From: Planctomycetia bacterium
Lineage (GTDB): Bacteria; Planctomycetota; Phycisphaerae; Phycisphaerales; SM1A02
Direction of reading: 5' to 3'
Assembly (NCBI GenBank): GCA_005776885.1
Contig: SXOD01000019.1
Location: 33,577-97,576, forward strand
DNA: 64,000 nucleotides
Positions within the stretch are counted from its first letter, which is position 1; every line of letters begins with the position of its first letter. The notes beneath the pieces are model-generated. The model worked only from the letters and a program-made list of their open reading frames with translations, had not been told where the DNA came from and made no database searches. Position numbers and translations under genes: made by a program. Shown here in pieces: positions 1 through 9,508 of this stretch.

Positions 1-80
1 CACCTGCTCGCAGCCCGGAATGGGCAGCGCCGTCCCGGCCGCGAGCGCCATCGCGGCGGCCCCGCGAGCAGCGTGGGGGA

Positions 81-1808
81 TCACGCCCCGCCCGCCTCGC
101 GAACCTTCTTGTCGATGCGTCGCTGGAGCTCGCCGAAGTACTTCTGGTGTGCCCCCCGCAGGTGGGGTGGCACCGGATCGTCGGGAGTGGCCCCCTCCGT
201 CCCGCGAGCGATGTCCTTGGAGACTTCCTTGAGCTGAGCGGTCACATCGCCAGCCTCTGGATTTGGATTCTCGATCAGCTGTCGAGCGATGACCTCGCCA
301 CCCCGATTCTCCACCTTCGCACGCCGCTCCTTCGTGCCAGTGGCGGTGGATTGCTTCTGCGCCTCGCCACCCACGCCGTGGCCCCTTCCACCCATTCCCG
401 GTCCAACCTCGTCCGAGTTCCCCGGGGTCTGCGTGAGCTGTGCCGGGCCATCGCCCTGACACTGCCCCTTCGCATCCCGGGCCGCTGCCATCATCTGGTC
501 AAACCTCGCAAACTCGTCAAGAGCTTGCCCGTCGGCCCCTTCCGAGAGTTCTGTGGCGCCCTGCTGCCCTTGGCCCGCCCCGTCCGACGGCTTTCCACCT
601 GAGCACGAGCGACACGCCTTTGCGATGTCCCGTGCGGCATCCGACGCCTGCTGCTGTGCCGCCATGGCGTTCTGGAGCGCCTGCCGCTGCGCCTCGGTCA
701 GGCCCTTTGCCGCCTGCATGGCTTGCCGAAGCGCTTCGGGACTGGAGGCCAGGTCTGGGTCCATGCCGGCATCCGCCAACGCATCGCGCAGCGACTGCTG
801 GCGATCGGCCGCCTGCTCCAGGGCCTTGGCCAGTTGTTCCAGTTGTTCGCGCAGCTGATCTCGTGCTTCTGGCGAGAGGTCCCCGCTCTTCGCGGCAGCC
901 GCGAGTTCGCGAAGTTGCTTGGAAGCCTCGGCAAAATCGCCTCGCTTCAGGGCCTCCGCGAGTGGCTTGGCCGCGCCATCTTGCGGAACGGGGAGCGAGG
1001 CCATCGCCCGCTCCATCGCGGCGAGCTGCTGGGCCTGTTCGCTGGCCAACAGCTGCTCGAGCCGCTGGTTGAGTTCCGTCATCCTTCGTGCGGCTGCTCG
1101 CCGAATCTCCTCCGGCGACCGGAGCCCCTCGTTCGCCTCCCGCGTCAAGCTTCCCGACTCGTCACCCAATGCCTTGGCAAGGTCGTCATTCTGGAGAATC
1201 GCTTGCTCGACCGCCTCCACCTTCGCGTTGGCTTCGCTCCGGACATCAGCGAGCAGGGCGGGATCGATCGGCGGCGACACCAACTCCGGCGGCCATGCGG
1301 GTACCGCCAGCGTGACGATGCACGCGGAGCCAAGCATGCCGACGCCCCACCACGCCTTCCCTGGCCAGGCCGTGTCGAAGACGCCGCGCATTCGCTGTCG
1401 GAGTGTCGGGTCCGAGGCGCACCTGACACCATCGGCCACAGCCGCCCGCGCGAACGGGTCCTCCGACCCCGCGAACGCCAACGCCGACGACAGCCGGCTG
1501 GCCAGCTTGAGCCGCTCATCCACCTCTGCGGCGGCGCCGAGGCGGTCGACGCGGGCACCGCGCGCGCCGGTGGCCGCAGCAGCAAGGAGCACGATCCCCG
1601 CCAAGGCCCAGAGTGCCGCAGCCATGGCGATTCCCGAGGCGGGGAACCACCAGTGCGAGCCCAGTTTCGCAAGCAACGCACACGACAGCACGACGACGCC
1701 GACGGGAAACACCATCCGTCCCGCTGCCGCCTTCGCGGCAGCGACGCCGATGGCCCGCCGCGCGTGGTCCGCCAGTCGATCGATCGTCGCGATTCCGGTC
1801 GTGCTCAC
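81..1808 (-). CDS. Membrane-anchored coiled-coil protein of unknown function (about 575 aa)
   Basis: Part of ORF 81..2267(-). I place the start at GTG 1808 because AAGGAG lies 7 nt upstream, and the longer N-terminal extension is low-complexity and overlaps the divergent gene. It has hydrophobic helices near the N-terminus, then a long Ala/Glu/Gln/Leu/Arg-rich heptad-like region. No catalytic motif is recognisable. Confidence 0.55.
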   Translation of the reverse strand: MSTTGIATIDRLADHARRAIGVAAAKAAAGRMVFPVGVVVLSCALLAKLGSHWWFPASGIAMAAALWALAGIVLLAAAATGARGARVDRLGAAAEVDERLKLASRLSSALAFAGSEDPFARAAVADGVRCASDPTLRQRMRGVFDTAWPGKAWWGVGMLGSACIVTLAVPAWPPELVSPPIDPALLADVRSEANAKVEAVEQAILQNDDLAKALGDESGSLTREANEGLRSPEEIRRAAARRMTELNQRLEQLLASEQAQQLAAMERAMASLPVPQDGAAKPLAEALKRGDFAEASKQLRELAAAAKSGDLSPEARDQLREQLEQLAKALEQAADRQQSLRDALADAGMDPDLASSPEALRQAMQAAKGLTEAQRQALQNAMAAQQQASDAARDIAKACRSCSGGKPSDGAGQGQQGATELSEGADGQALDEFARFDQMMAAARDAKGQCQGDGPAQLTQTPGNSDEVGPGMGGRGHGVGGEAQKQSTATGTKERRAKVENRGGEVIARQLIENPNPEAGDVTAQLKEVSKDIARGTEGATPDDPVPPHLRGAHQKYFGELQRRIDKKVREAGGA

Positions 1809-1839
1809 CGATAGACTCCTTGGTGGAGGATAGCCCCGG

Positions 1840-2769
1840 TTGATCGATTGGCCGCGACCAACATGGTTGAATTGCCGGGGTTCCAGGAATCGCGCCGCGC
1901 TCCCGGCGGCGGCACGCACCTTCACCAGGACACTCTGGGTGTCGATTGCGGCCGTGCTGTTGGCAACCGTTTCACTCCCAGCGGCCGCGCAGAGCGATAC
2001 TGATCTTCGCCGCGAGAATGACAGACTTCGCGATCGGGTGAAGGAACTTGAGGGGCAGATCGAGTCACTCGAGGCACGACTCCGGCTGCTCGAGGAGGCC
2101 ACTCGACCACCCAGCGGCGCATCACCCACGCCGGCTGCTCCGCCGGCCCCGGACTCGGCGCCCAGTCCCGCCCCCCTGGAGCCGGCGCCGGCACCTGCCG
2201 TCATCCAGCCCACGATAGAAGACCCCTCCGAATTGCCGGTGGTCTTGGAGTCCGCTTCGCTCCTCATCCACTTCGAGCGACTCCGCTACATCCAGGAGTT
2301 CGGCGCCAACCCGGTCGGGCTGGCCGACTCGAGTTCCGCCATCAAGAACACGCAGCGCCGGATCGATGCCTGGACTGTTGAGGAGGCAAAGGCGTGGCGC
2401 AAGGTGCGGGTCGACTGGCGATTGACCGTCGGCCAGGCGACGCGCGCACGTGATGGCGAGTGGAGCGTGATCGCGGAGGAATCGCTCAGCGCAGCGGACG
2501 TGAAGGCGCGCGACGCGCGCGGCGACCCACCCATCCCGGTGCGATTCATGCTGAAGTCTCGACACGGCGATCGACTCCGGGCCACGCTCGAGGCGGGCGG
2601 CGAACTGCTCGTGAGCGGCCTTGTGCGACTCAACCTGCGCATGGACCCCGACCGTGCCGCGCCAGGAGCCTTCAAGCAAAACCAACGTCCCTACATCGGG
2701 CCGTTCTGCGACGCCGTCATCGGGCTCTCGATTGAATCGGTCGAGCCGGCACCCTCCCATGGGACCTGA
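1840..2769 (+). CDS. Secreted hypothetical protein with an N-terminal coiled coil and a Pro/Ala linker
   Basis: ORF 1840..2769(+), starting at TTG in the track. It has a signal-peptide-like segment (LWVSIAAVLLATVSLPAAAQ), a short coiled coil (RRENDRLRDRVKELEGQIESLEARLRLLEE) and a Pro/Ala-rich linker. The start codon is uncertain; an in-frame TTG at 1867 is also possible. The 3' end overlaps the feoA-fusion start. Confidence 0.5.
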   Translation: MIDWPRPTWLNCRGSRNRAALPAAARTFTRTLWVSIAAVLLATVSLPAAAQSDTDLRRENDRLRDRVKELEGQIESLEARLRLLEEATRPPSGASPTPAAPPAPDSAPSPAPLEPAPAPAVIQPTIEDPSELPVVLESASLLIHFERLRYIQEFGANPVGLADSSSAIKNTQRRIDAWTVEEAKAWRKVRVDWRLTVGQATRARDGEWSVIAEESLSAADVKARDARGDPPIPVRFMLKSRHGDRLRATLEAGGELLVSGLVRLNLRMDPDRAAPGAFKQNQRPYIGPFCDAVIGLSIESVEPAPSHGT

Positions 2770-3331
2770 TGACCATGTCTGCGTCTGCCATCGAGTGTCC
2801 TTGCGGAAGCTCCAGGCCTTCCTCCGTCGGGAACAACCGACGGTGCCGTCCAAGCTGAGCGAGTGCCTCGGTGCGGGCACCGGGTGTGGCTGGTGCAGGC
2901 AGCACCTCCACCGACTCTGGGAGCAGTCGCAGGCGGGAGAAACCCCCTCGATCACGGACGACCCCGATCAGTACCTCGCGAAGCGGGAGCAGGAGAAAAG
3001 GACCAAGAACTCCGAACCACTTGCTCTTGCGAACCAGTCGCAATATGATCTTGAGATGGCCGCCTTGGCCCCTCCACCGCCGACCCGAATCCCACTCAGC
3101 CAGCTCCGCACGGGCGAGCGGGCGCGAGTCGATTGCAGCTCGCTCTCCGACCTCCCCGAAGGAGAGCGTTGCCTGCTCCAGGCGATGGGTATGGGAGATC
3201 GCTGCGAACTCAAGCGCTGTTCCGGGCACGGATGCATCATCCAGATCGATCGGACCCGAATCGCCGTGGGCAGCACCCTGGCGGATCGTGTGTTCGTCGA
3301 ACGACTCAACGACCGCACCGCGCACCCATGA
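2759..3331 (+). CDS. feoA: BFD-like [2Fe-2S]-binding domain fused to FeoA
   Basis: ATG at 2759 inside ORF 2621..3331. The N-terminus has a C-x-C...C-x2-C pattern (HVCVCHRVSL...GAGTGCGWC) typical of bacterioferritin-associated-ferredoxin-like domains. The C-terminus is an FeoA-type SH3-like segment (LSQLRTGERARV...LLQAMGMGDRCELKR...IIQIDRTRIAVGSTLADRVFVE). The stop overlaps the feoB start (ATGA at 3328-3331). Confidence 0.75.
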   Translation: MGPDDHVCVCHRVSLRKLQAFLRREQPTVPSKLSECLGAGTGCGWCRQHLHRLWEQSQAGETPSITDDPDQYLAKREQEKRTKNSEPLALANQSQYDLEMAALAPPPPTRIPLSQLRTGERARVDCSSLSDLPEGERCLLQAMGMGDRCELKRCSGHGCIIQIDRTRIAVGSTLADRVFVERLNDRTAHP

Positions 3332-5337
3332 TCGACCCGCGGAGTGTCGCTCCCCTGACCCGCCCCACTGGGCCGATCGCCGCCATCCTGGTCGGCAATC
3401 CGAACGTGGGGAAGACGACGCTCTTCAATCGGCTCTGCGGACTTCGTGCGCGGACGGCCAACTATCCGGGTTCCACCGTCGAGGAACACATCGGCCGCGC
3501 ATGGTCCGATGACGGGACGGCGATCGACCTGATCGACCTCCCAGGCGTCTACGGCCTGCACCTCCGCACGCCGGAGAGCCAAGTCGCGCTTCGTGCGTTG
3601 GAAGGCGAGGATGGGGCACCGCCCCACGTGGTCGCGATCATCCTGGACGCCACCAACCTTGCCCGGAACCTGCAGTTCGCCGCGACCGTGCTTCGGCGCA
3701 CGACGCGCGCGATCGTGGCACTCAACTTGTCGGACGAGGCCGCTCGACAAGGGCTGACGATCGACACGGACGCACTCGGCCAGCGACTTCGCTGCCGAGT
3801 CATCTCGATTTCCGCCAGGACCGGCGCCGGCTGCCTTGAGTTGCTCGGCGCGATCCAACAGGCCGCGGCCGGCCCAGTCCGGGCGCGCGAGTCGCTGGAT
3901 CCTGGACAGCCCCCACCCGTCGCCGAACCCGGTGATCGCGACCTCGTCGAGTGGGCAGCCGACGTCCTTGCCCAGAGCGCAGGCGGGACCGCGGCGGCCG
4001 GCAGCGCGGACGACTCATTCACGGACCGGCTGGACGTGGCCTTCACGCACCCGGTGGCTGGGCTGCTGATCTTCGCCGCGGTGATGGCCGGCCTCTTTGC
4101 CAGCATCTTCTGGCTTGCGCAATATCCGATGGACTGGATCGATGTGGCGTTCGGCACCGCGGGCGACTGGACGCGCGCGGCGATTCCTCCGGGCCTGCTC
4201 GCCGATCTCGCCGCCGAGGGAATCGTGGCCGGTGTCGCCGGCACCGTCGTCTTCCTCCCACAGATCTGCCTGCTGTTCTTCCTCCTGGCACTGCTGGAGG
4301 ACTGCGGCTATCTCGCCCGGGCTTCCTTTGCGATGGACCGCGTGATGCGGCGGTTTGGATTGCCCGGGCAATCATTCATCCCACTGCTCTCCAGCCACGC
4401 CTGCGCCCTCCCCGGCATCATGTCCACGCGACTGATCCCCAACACGCGGGACCGGCTGGCCACCATCTTCGTGGCACCATTCCTCTCCTGCAGTGCCCGC
4501 GTGCCGGTCTACGTGCTGGTGATCGCCTTGCTGTTCGCCGACCACCCCATGTGGGCGGGCGTGGCCTTCGTCGGCTGTTACGCGCTTGGGGCGATCGCCG
4601 CGCTGGCCACGGCCTGGCTCCTGGGCAAGACCGCGCTCAGGGGCAGTGCCTCCCCCATGCTCCTGGAACTCCCCACCTACCGGCTGCCCGACCTCAAGGT
4701 AGCCACGTCGCTCGCCGTCTCTCGCGGCGGCGTCTTCCTGCGACAGGCGGGCTCGATCATCCTGGCGATCTGCATTGGCATGTGGTGGCTCAGCGCGTTC
4801 CCGCAGGTGCCGGAATCGACGACCGTGGCTGCGATTCGTGCGGAGGCCGCGACGCTCCAGGGGGTCGACGCGGCCCGCGCCGGCGAGCTCCTCTCCGAGG
4901 CCGATTCCCTCCAGGCGCGTGACCAGCGAAGCGGGAGTTTTGCGGGGCAGCTGGGGGGCCTGGCCGAGCCGGTCTTCCGGCCACTGGGCTTTGACCGAGA
5001 CGTCGTCGTGGCCGTCCTGAGCAGCTTCCTGGCCCGAGAGGTCTTCGTCTCCAGCCTCAAGGTGCTGGTCGGGGCGGGCGACGACTCCGAGATAGACGAC
5101 AACACCATCGCGATGATGCGGGATGCGAGACGGGCCGATGGCTCACCCTTGCTCGATCGCCCCGCCGCGGTCTCGCTTCTCGTCTTCTATGTCTTGGCCC
5201 TCCAATGCCTCCCCACGCTCGCCGTCGTGCGGCGAGAGACCGGATCCTGGAGGTGGCCGATCGCCCAGTTGGCCTACATGTCCCTGGTGGCCTGGGGAGC
5301 CGCGGCGATCGCACACGCACTCATGGAGCACGCGTGA
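3328..5337 (+). CDS. feoB: Ferrous iron transporter FeoB
   Basis: ATG at 3328 inside ORF 3133..5337. It has an N-terminal G-domain (GNPNVGKTTLFN, DLPG, NLSD) followed by a polytopic membrane domain typical of FeoB. Translationally coupled to feoA. Confidence 0.95.
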   Translation: MIDPRSVAPLTRPTGPIAAILVGNPNVGKTTLFNRLCGLRARTANYPGSTVEEHIGRAWSDDGTAIDLIDLPGVYGLHLRTPESQVALRALEGEDGAPPHVVAIILDATNLARNLQFAATVLRRTTRAIVALNLSDEAARQGLTIDTDALGQRLRCRVISISARTGAGCLELLGAIQQAAAGPVRARESLDPGQPPPVAEPGDRDLVEWAADVLAQSAGGTAAAGSADDSFTDRLDVAFTHPVAGLLIFAAVMAGLFASIFWLAQYPMDWIDVAFGTAGDWTRAAIPPGLLADLAAEGIVAGVAGTVVFLPQICLLFFLLALLEDCGYLARASFAMDRVMRRFGLPGQSFIPLLSSHACALPGIMSTRLIPNTRDRLATIFVAPFLSCSARVPVYVLVIALLFADHPMWAGVAFVGCYALGAIAALATAWLLGKTALRGSASPMLLELPTYRLPDLKVATSLAVSRGGVFLRQAGSIILAICIGMWWLSAFPQVPESTTVAAIRAEAATLQGVDAARAGELLSEADSLQARDQRSGSFAGQLGGLAEPVFRPLGFDRDVVVAVLSSFLAREVFVSSLKVLVGAGDDSEIDDNTIAMMRDARRADGSPLLDRPAAVSLLVFYVLALQCLPTLAVVRRETGSWRWPIAQLAYMSLVAWGAAAIAHALMEHA

Positions 5338-5534
5338 TCCCCGCAGGCGACTGGCAATTCTGGGCCGTGACGATCCTCGCCGTCGCAGCATTGACGTTGG
5401 TGTCCTGGCCCATGCTCCCGAGGCGCCGGTCGGGACGATCCTGTTGCCGAGGCGGCTCCGGGACCGCGCCGCCCTCGAGGACGCGAACCAAGCTCACGAT
5501 CTCCGCGAACCACGACTCGAAACCGGATGGCTAG
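5334..5534 (+). CDS. Candidate FeoB-associated Cys-rich small membrane protein (66 aa)
   Basis: In-frame GTG at 5334 overlaps the feoB stop (GTGA). The predicted product has one TM helix (WQFWAVTILAVAALTLVSWPML) followed by a basic, Cys-containing tail (PRRRSGRSCCRGGSG). That layout matches the small Cys-rich proteins often encoded right after feoB. Confidence 0.45.
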   Translation: MIPAGDWQFWAVTILAVAALTLVSWPMLPRRRSGRSCCRGGSGTAPPSRTRTKLTISANHDSKPDG

Positions 5535-6334
5535 AAACGAAGGTGCCCCGCTCGGTCCCCGGACGACGCAGGCCTTGTGCTGGAGAGGATCCTGGCCAGC
5601 GCAAGGTCGGACTTGGTCGTCACCTTGAGATTGCGCATCTCGCCCTCGACCACCATCACGCGCACGCCCAGTCGCTCGACGATCGACGCGTCATCCGTGG
5701 CCCCGTCCAGTCCCTCCTGTGCGTACGCGCGGCGGAGCACATCGGCGCGAAACACTTGCGGCGTCTGCACCAGCACGAGCCCCTCGCGATCGATCGTTTC
5801 CCGGACCAACCGCCCCTGCGAGCCTTCCCTTCCGGCGTCACCCAGAATCGCATCGGCCAGCGCGTCATCTTCAGCCGCCGCCACGCGTTCGCTTCCCACT
5901 CGCTTGACAGTGTCCGCCACGTCCACCGCCGGGACGACGGCATCGCGCACGCGGGCGGCCGCGAAGACCCGCTCGAGCAACTCCCCGGAGAGGCACGGGC
6001 GCGCTCCGTCATGGATCGCCACGTGCGTGCAGTCCGCCGGGACATGCTCCAGCGCCGCGCGCACCGACTCCCACCTCGCCTTCGCCCCGCCGGGGACGAT
6101 GACCGCGCCGTGAAAGCTGAGCGTCGGGCCGAACCGGCCGCGAAACTCCTCGATGCTGGCCGGCGGCGCCGCCACCAGGATGCGCACGACCTCGTCGCGC
6201 TTCGTGAACGGTTCCACGGCGCGAAGCAGGACGGGGCGACCGCCCAAGTCCTCCCCAAGCTTGTCGGCGCCGAAGCGCGTGCTGCTGCCGGCCGCGGTCA
6301 CGATGAGGCACACCCTGATGTCGCTGGTGGTCAT
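5531..6334 (-). CDS. ispD: 2-C-methyl-D-erythritol 4-phosphate cytidylyltransferase
   Basis: ORF 5531..6334(-), 267 aa. The N-terminus is [11 protein letters not shown] with a later HDGARP motif, as in IspD. The start overlaps the hscA stop (ATGA). Confidence 0.9.
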   Translation of the reverse strand: MTTSDIRVCLIVTAAGSSTRFGADKLGEDLGGRPVLLRAVEPFTKRDEVVRILVAAPPASIEEFRGRFGPTLSFHGAVIVPGGAKARWESVRAALEHVPADCTHVAIHDGARPCLSGELLERVFAAARVRDAVVPAVDVADTVKRVGSERVAAAEDDALADAILGDAGREGSQGRLVRETIDREGLVLVQTPQVFRADVLRRAYAQEGLDGATDDASIVERLGVRVMVVEGEMRNLKVTTKSDLALARILSSTRPASSGDRAGHLRF

Positions 6335-8187
6335 TGGATTTTTCCCTGGTTCGTCGCAGACATCTCCCGCAAGGTTCGCGCGATGCTCGCCTCGTGGATT
6401 GGCACGCTCGCCCGGTCAAGGGCTTCCTTCGCCCCGTGAAAGGCCTCCGCATCGACCGCATCAACGTCACGACGCGCCTGGGCCACCATGCCCCTGAGCG
6501 TCGAGGCCGCTGCTTCCACGTTGGACTTCGTGGCCTGGTCAAGATCCGAGCCCGCGCGAGCCAGGGCGGCGTCGATCCAGCCCAGGTCCAGCGAGGCGTT
6601 GGCCACGAGGTCTATGACGCGGTGACGCCGCATGTCGTCGCGCGCGTGCGTGAACGACTCCTGCTCCATGGCCTCCACTTCGGCGCGGGAGAGGCCGTAC
6701 GTCGGGACGACCTGCAGCCCTGCGCGAATTCCCGTCCGTCGCTCGACGGCACTCATGGCCAGGATGCCATTCGCATCGATCGTGAACGTGACCTCGACCT
6801 GCGGAATGCCGGCGGGCATCGGGGGGATCGAGAGCGTGCACCGCGCCAGCGACCGGCAGTCGCGGACGAGTTCCCGTTCGCCCTGCACGACGTGGAGCAG
6901 CAGCGTGCGCTGGCCATCGACGCTCGTGGAGAACATCTCGGTGGCCCGCGTGGGGATCGACGCGTTTCGCATCACCAGCTTGGCGAAGGCCCCCCCGACC
7001 GTCTCGATGCCAAGCGACAGTGGAACGACGTCAAGCAGGAGCAAGTCGCGTCGATCCCCGGCGAGCACGGCCGCCTGCACGCTGGCACCCAGTGCCACGA
7101 CGCAGTCCGGGTCCAGCGCGGTGCAGGGCTCCACGCCGAAGAAGTGCCCGACCGCCTCGCGGACGAAGGGTGCGCGGGTTGAGCCCCCCACCATCAGGAG
7201 TCGGTCGATCGGCAGCCGGTCCGCACCGTCCCAGGCACGGGCACACGCGGCGAGGGCGCGATCGAGCAACGGCTGCGCCAGCTCCCGCAGGTGTTCCACG
7301 GCAATCTCATGTTTCCTGCCTCGCCACGCCAGTGACGCGGATGAAGCGCCGCTGAGCGCCACCTTGGCCGCTTCACAGGCTCGAACGAGGTCGTGGCGGT
7401 CTCCCGGTGCCAGTCCGTCAAGCCCTGGATCGATTGATCGCGCCATGGCCACGTCGAGGTCGTCTCCCCCAAGTGACGTGTCTCCGGCGGTGGCGATCAC
7501 CCGGAAGAAGCCTGAATCAGCCGAGCCGGGCAGGTCGCCACTTCCGGAACCGGACACGGGCGGCGTGACTTCAAGGATCGAGATGTCGCAGGTCCCGCCG
7601 CCCAGGTCAAAGACGGCGATGGTCTCCGGCGCCGCTCCCGCGCGACCGATGCCGTACGCCAGCGCGGCGGCTGTGGGCTCATTGATGATGCGCACCGCCT
7701 CCACGCCCGCAAGCCGGGCGGCGTCGCGCGTTGCCTGTCGCTGCGCATCGTCGAAATAGGCCGGCACCGTGATCACGGCGCGTTGGACCGCGGTGGAGAG
7801 TTCGGCGGAAGCGCGATCGGCCAGCGCCCGCAAGATGGCCGACGCCACGCGCTCGGGGGACTGCCTGGTTGCCCCAACGGCATAGGTCGGGCGTCCCTGG
7901 CCATCATCGACCAGCGAACCGATTCCACGGACTTCGGCGGCAGCAGTCTCGTAGGGGCGCCCGATGGCTCGCTTGGCCCCGGACACCGTTCGCGCGGATT
8001 GCGAACTGGCCTGGCCGAGCGCCTCTTCGCCCACGCATTCGACCAGTCCCCCGGCCGTGAACCTCACGACGCTTGGCACCAAGCCGCCGTGGCTCCCGCA
8101 GCCGATGATGCGAGGTCCCCGATCGTCACAGACCGCAACCAACGAGTTGGTCGTGCCGAGATCGATGCCCACAATCACGTCCGCCAT
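6331..8187 (-). CDS. hscA: Hsp70-family Fe-S cluster chaperone, HscA-like
   Basis: 618 aa. Shows [68 protein letters not shown] and the HscA-typical [14 protein letters not shown] and VVPTYGL segments. The length matches HscA (about 616 aa). Confidence 0.8.
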   Translation of the reverse strand: MADVIVGIDLGTTNSLVAVCDDRGPRIIGCGSHGGLVPSVVRFTAGGLVECVGEEALGQASSQSARTVSGAKRAIGRPYETAAAEVRGIGSLVDDGQGRPTYAVGATRQSPERVASAILRALADRASAELSTAVQRAVITVPAYFDDAQRQATRDAARLAGVEAVRIINEPTAAALAYGIGRAGAAPETIAVFDLGGGTCDISILEVTPPVSGSGSGDLPGSADSGFFRVIATAGDTSLGGDDLDVAMARSIDPGLDGLAPGDRHDLVRACEAAKVALSGASSASLAWRGRKHEIAVEHLRELAQPLLDRALAACARAWDGADRLPIDRLLMVGGSTRAPFVREAVGHFFGVEPCTALDPDCVVALGASVQAAVLAGDRRDLLLLDVVPLSLGIETVGGAFAKLVMRNASIPTRATEMFSTSVDGQRTLLLHVVQGERELVRDCRSLARCTLSIPPMPAGIPQVEVTFTIDANGILAMSAVERRTGIRAGLQVVPTYGLSRAEVEAMEQESFTHARDDMRRHRVIDLVANASLDLGWIDAALARAGSDLDQATKSNVEAAASTLRGMVAQARRDVDAVDAEAFHGAKEALDRASVPIHEASIARTLREMSATNQGKIQ

Positions 8188-8252
8188 GGGGCACGCGATT
8201 CTAAGGGGCCATCGGTCCGCTCACCGGGCGGGACGAGCGCGAGGCCCCTGCA

Positions 8253-8804
8253 TCATCCCGCGTGCCGGCCCGCGCACTCATTGGCACGCTCCCGGACCCG
8301 TGCCATCGCACGCTGCCGGAGGCCGCGCACGGTGGTGGAAGGCAGTCCCAGCGACTCGCCGGCCTGTTCGTTGGTGAGTCCACCAAGAATGGTCAGCCGC
8401 ACGACGTCCCACTCTCGCCGAGACAATCCACGAAGAAGTTCAAACAGCTCGGAGTCCTGGTCGTCGTCCGCGGGAACATCGACGATGGAGGTCGCCAGGC
8501 CAGCGGTTGTTCGTGACTCCAGCTCATGTGTGCGCGACTCGCGCCGCGCCAATCGCATGGCGACTCGGCGCGCGCAGACGTACAGGTAGTTGAACGTGAG
8601 CCGGGCGGGATCGCCTGGGCCCATCCGAAGCAGCCGCATGAACAGCTCCTGCACGGCATCTTCGGCGCACGCTGCGCCGAAGCTGCGCCGGAGTCGATCC
8701 ACGAGCGCGCTTCGCAGCGCCTCATAGGTGTGAATGACGGACGTGCCCTGAAATGGCTGTTCACCACGCGGATCGGGATCTGATTGGTTGTTGCACTCGG
8801 CCAT
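8253..8804 (-). CDS. ECF-type RNA polymerase sigma factor
   Basis: ATG at 8804 with AAGGAGG upstream, inside ORF 8253..8897. It has a region-2-like segment (AEDAVQELFMRLL...TFNYLYVCARRVAMRLARR) and a region-4 HTH (LSRREWDVVRLTILGGLTNEQAGESLGLPSTTVRGLRQRAMARVRE). Confidence 0.8.
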   Translation of the reverse strand: MAECNNQSDPDPRGEQPFQGTSVIHTYEALRSALVDRLRRSFGAACAEDAVQELFMRLLRMGPGDPARLTFNYLYVCARRVAMRLARRESRTHELESRTTAGLATSIVDVPADDDQDSELFELLRGLSRREWDVVRLTILGGLTNEQAGESLGLPSTTVRGLRQRAMARVRERANECAGRHAG

Positions 8805-8905
8805 GTGGACCTCCTTGGAAAGGTCCCAGACAACTCGGGTTGACCAGAGGCTAGCCATGCTCCACGCCGTCCCGTCAAGTGGGACTGGAATGTTCACAAT
8901 TCACC

Positions 8906-8929
8906 AACGCAGCCGGCAGGATGCTGTTC
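8906..8929 (-). promoter_or_regulatory. Weak candidate ECF-type promoter (GAAC-N16-CGTT) upstream of the sigma gene
   Basis: The minus strand reads GAGAAC-agcatcctgccggctg-CGTTGG about 100 nt upstream of the 8804 start. This is a motif resemblance only. Confidence 0.2.
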
Positions 8930-8992
8930 TCGAACATCGCAACGGTCACGACCTTGTGAAGGAATGCACAAAGTCTCTTGTCGACCGCGACC

Positions 8993-9508
8993 TCACTCCA
9001 ACCGCTGCCCCGCCACTGGCAACTTGTCCAGTGCCGGGCCAAGTCGGGCCGCTGCCAAGGCCTGGAGTTCCGCTGGGAGGTCGCCCAGACCGGGGTCCGG
9101 CCATGCGGCCATGACTCGGTGGGACCTGCCTCCGCACCAGAAGTTCAGGTCGAACTGGTCCTGCTGCGAATCGCGTGGTCCCGAGGGAGGGACGGCGGCG
9201 CAGAGGCTCGCGATCGACGCCTCCAGCTTGGCGCACGACTCGGCACTGAGGGCGGCCTCCCAGGTCGACCTCCCCTGCAACGCCGCCGAGCCGCCTGACC
9301 AGCCGAGGATCCCCCGGTGCACCGAGTATCGCTCCGCCTTGCCCTGCGAGGGCCAGGTCACCAGCAACTCAAGATGGACCGAGCACGGCACGGCGGCCTC
9401 ACGAAGCGCCAGCTGCTCATTCAGCACCGGCGCCGTGTTGCATCCCGCAATGATGCCGAACGGTGCACACGCAAGCGCGAGTGACACGCACGCAACAGAT
9501 CGACTCAC
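8993..9508 (-). CDS. Hypothetical lipoprotein
   Basis: 171 aa. Signal peptide plus lipobox-like IIAGC near the N-terminus. The start overlaps the stop of the upstream lipoprotein gene (ATGA). Confidence 0.55.
   Translation of the reverse strand: MSRSVACVSLALACAPFGIIAGCNTAPVLNEQLALREAAVPCSVHLELLVTWPSQGKAERYSVHRGILGWSGGSAALQGRSTWEAALSAESCAKLEASIASLCAAVPPSGPRDSQQDQFDLNFWCGGRSHRVMAAWPDPGLGDLPAELQALAAARLGPALDKLPVAGQRLE

Noticed and set aside
1-80. Possible 5' end of another minus-strand gene (ATG at 49 reading toward the window edge)
   Set aside because: Only about 16 codons are visible, which is too short to support.
3716-3730. Sigma-54 promoter-like TGGCAC-N5-TTGT
   Set aside because: It lies inside the feoB coding region and lacks the critical GC of the -12 element. 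A second look-alike on the minus strand at 15445-15459 (TGGCAC-N5-TGGC) lies inside a coding region 40 nt after its start. Both are likely chance.
5531-5534. Convergent genes sharing the palindromic CTAG as both stop codons (also at 59171-59174)
   Set aside because: This is a real observation, but it is a trivial consequence of TAG stops on both strands. No functional claim is warranted.
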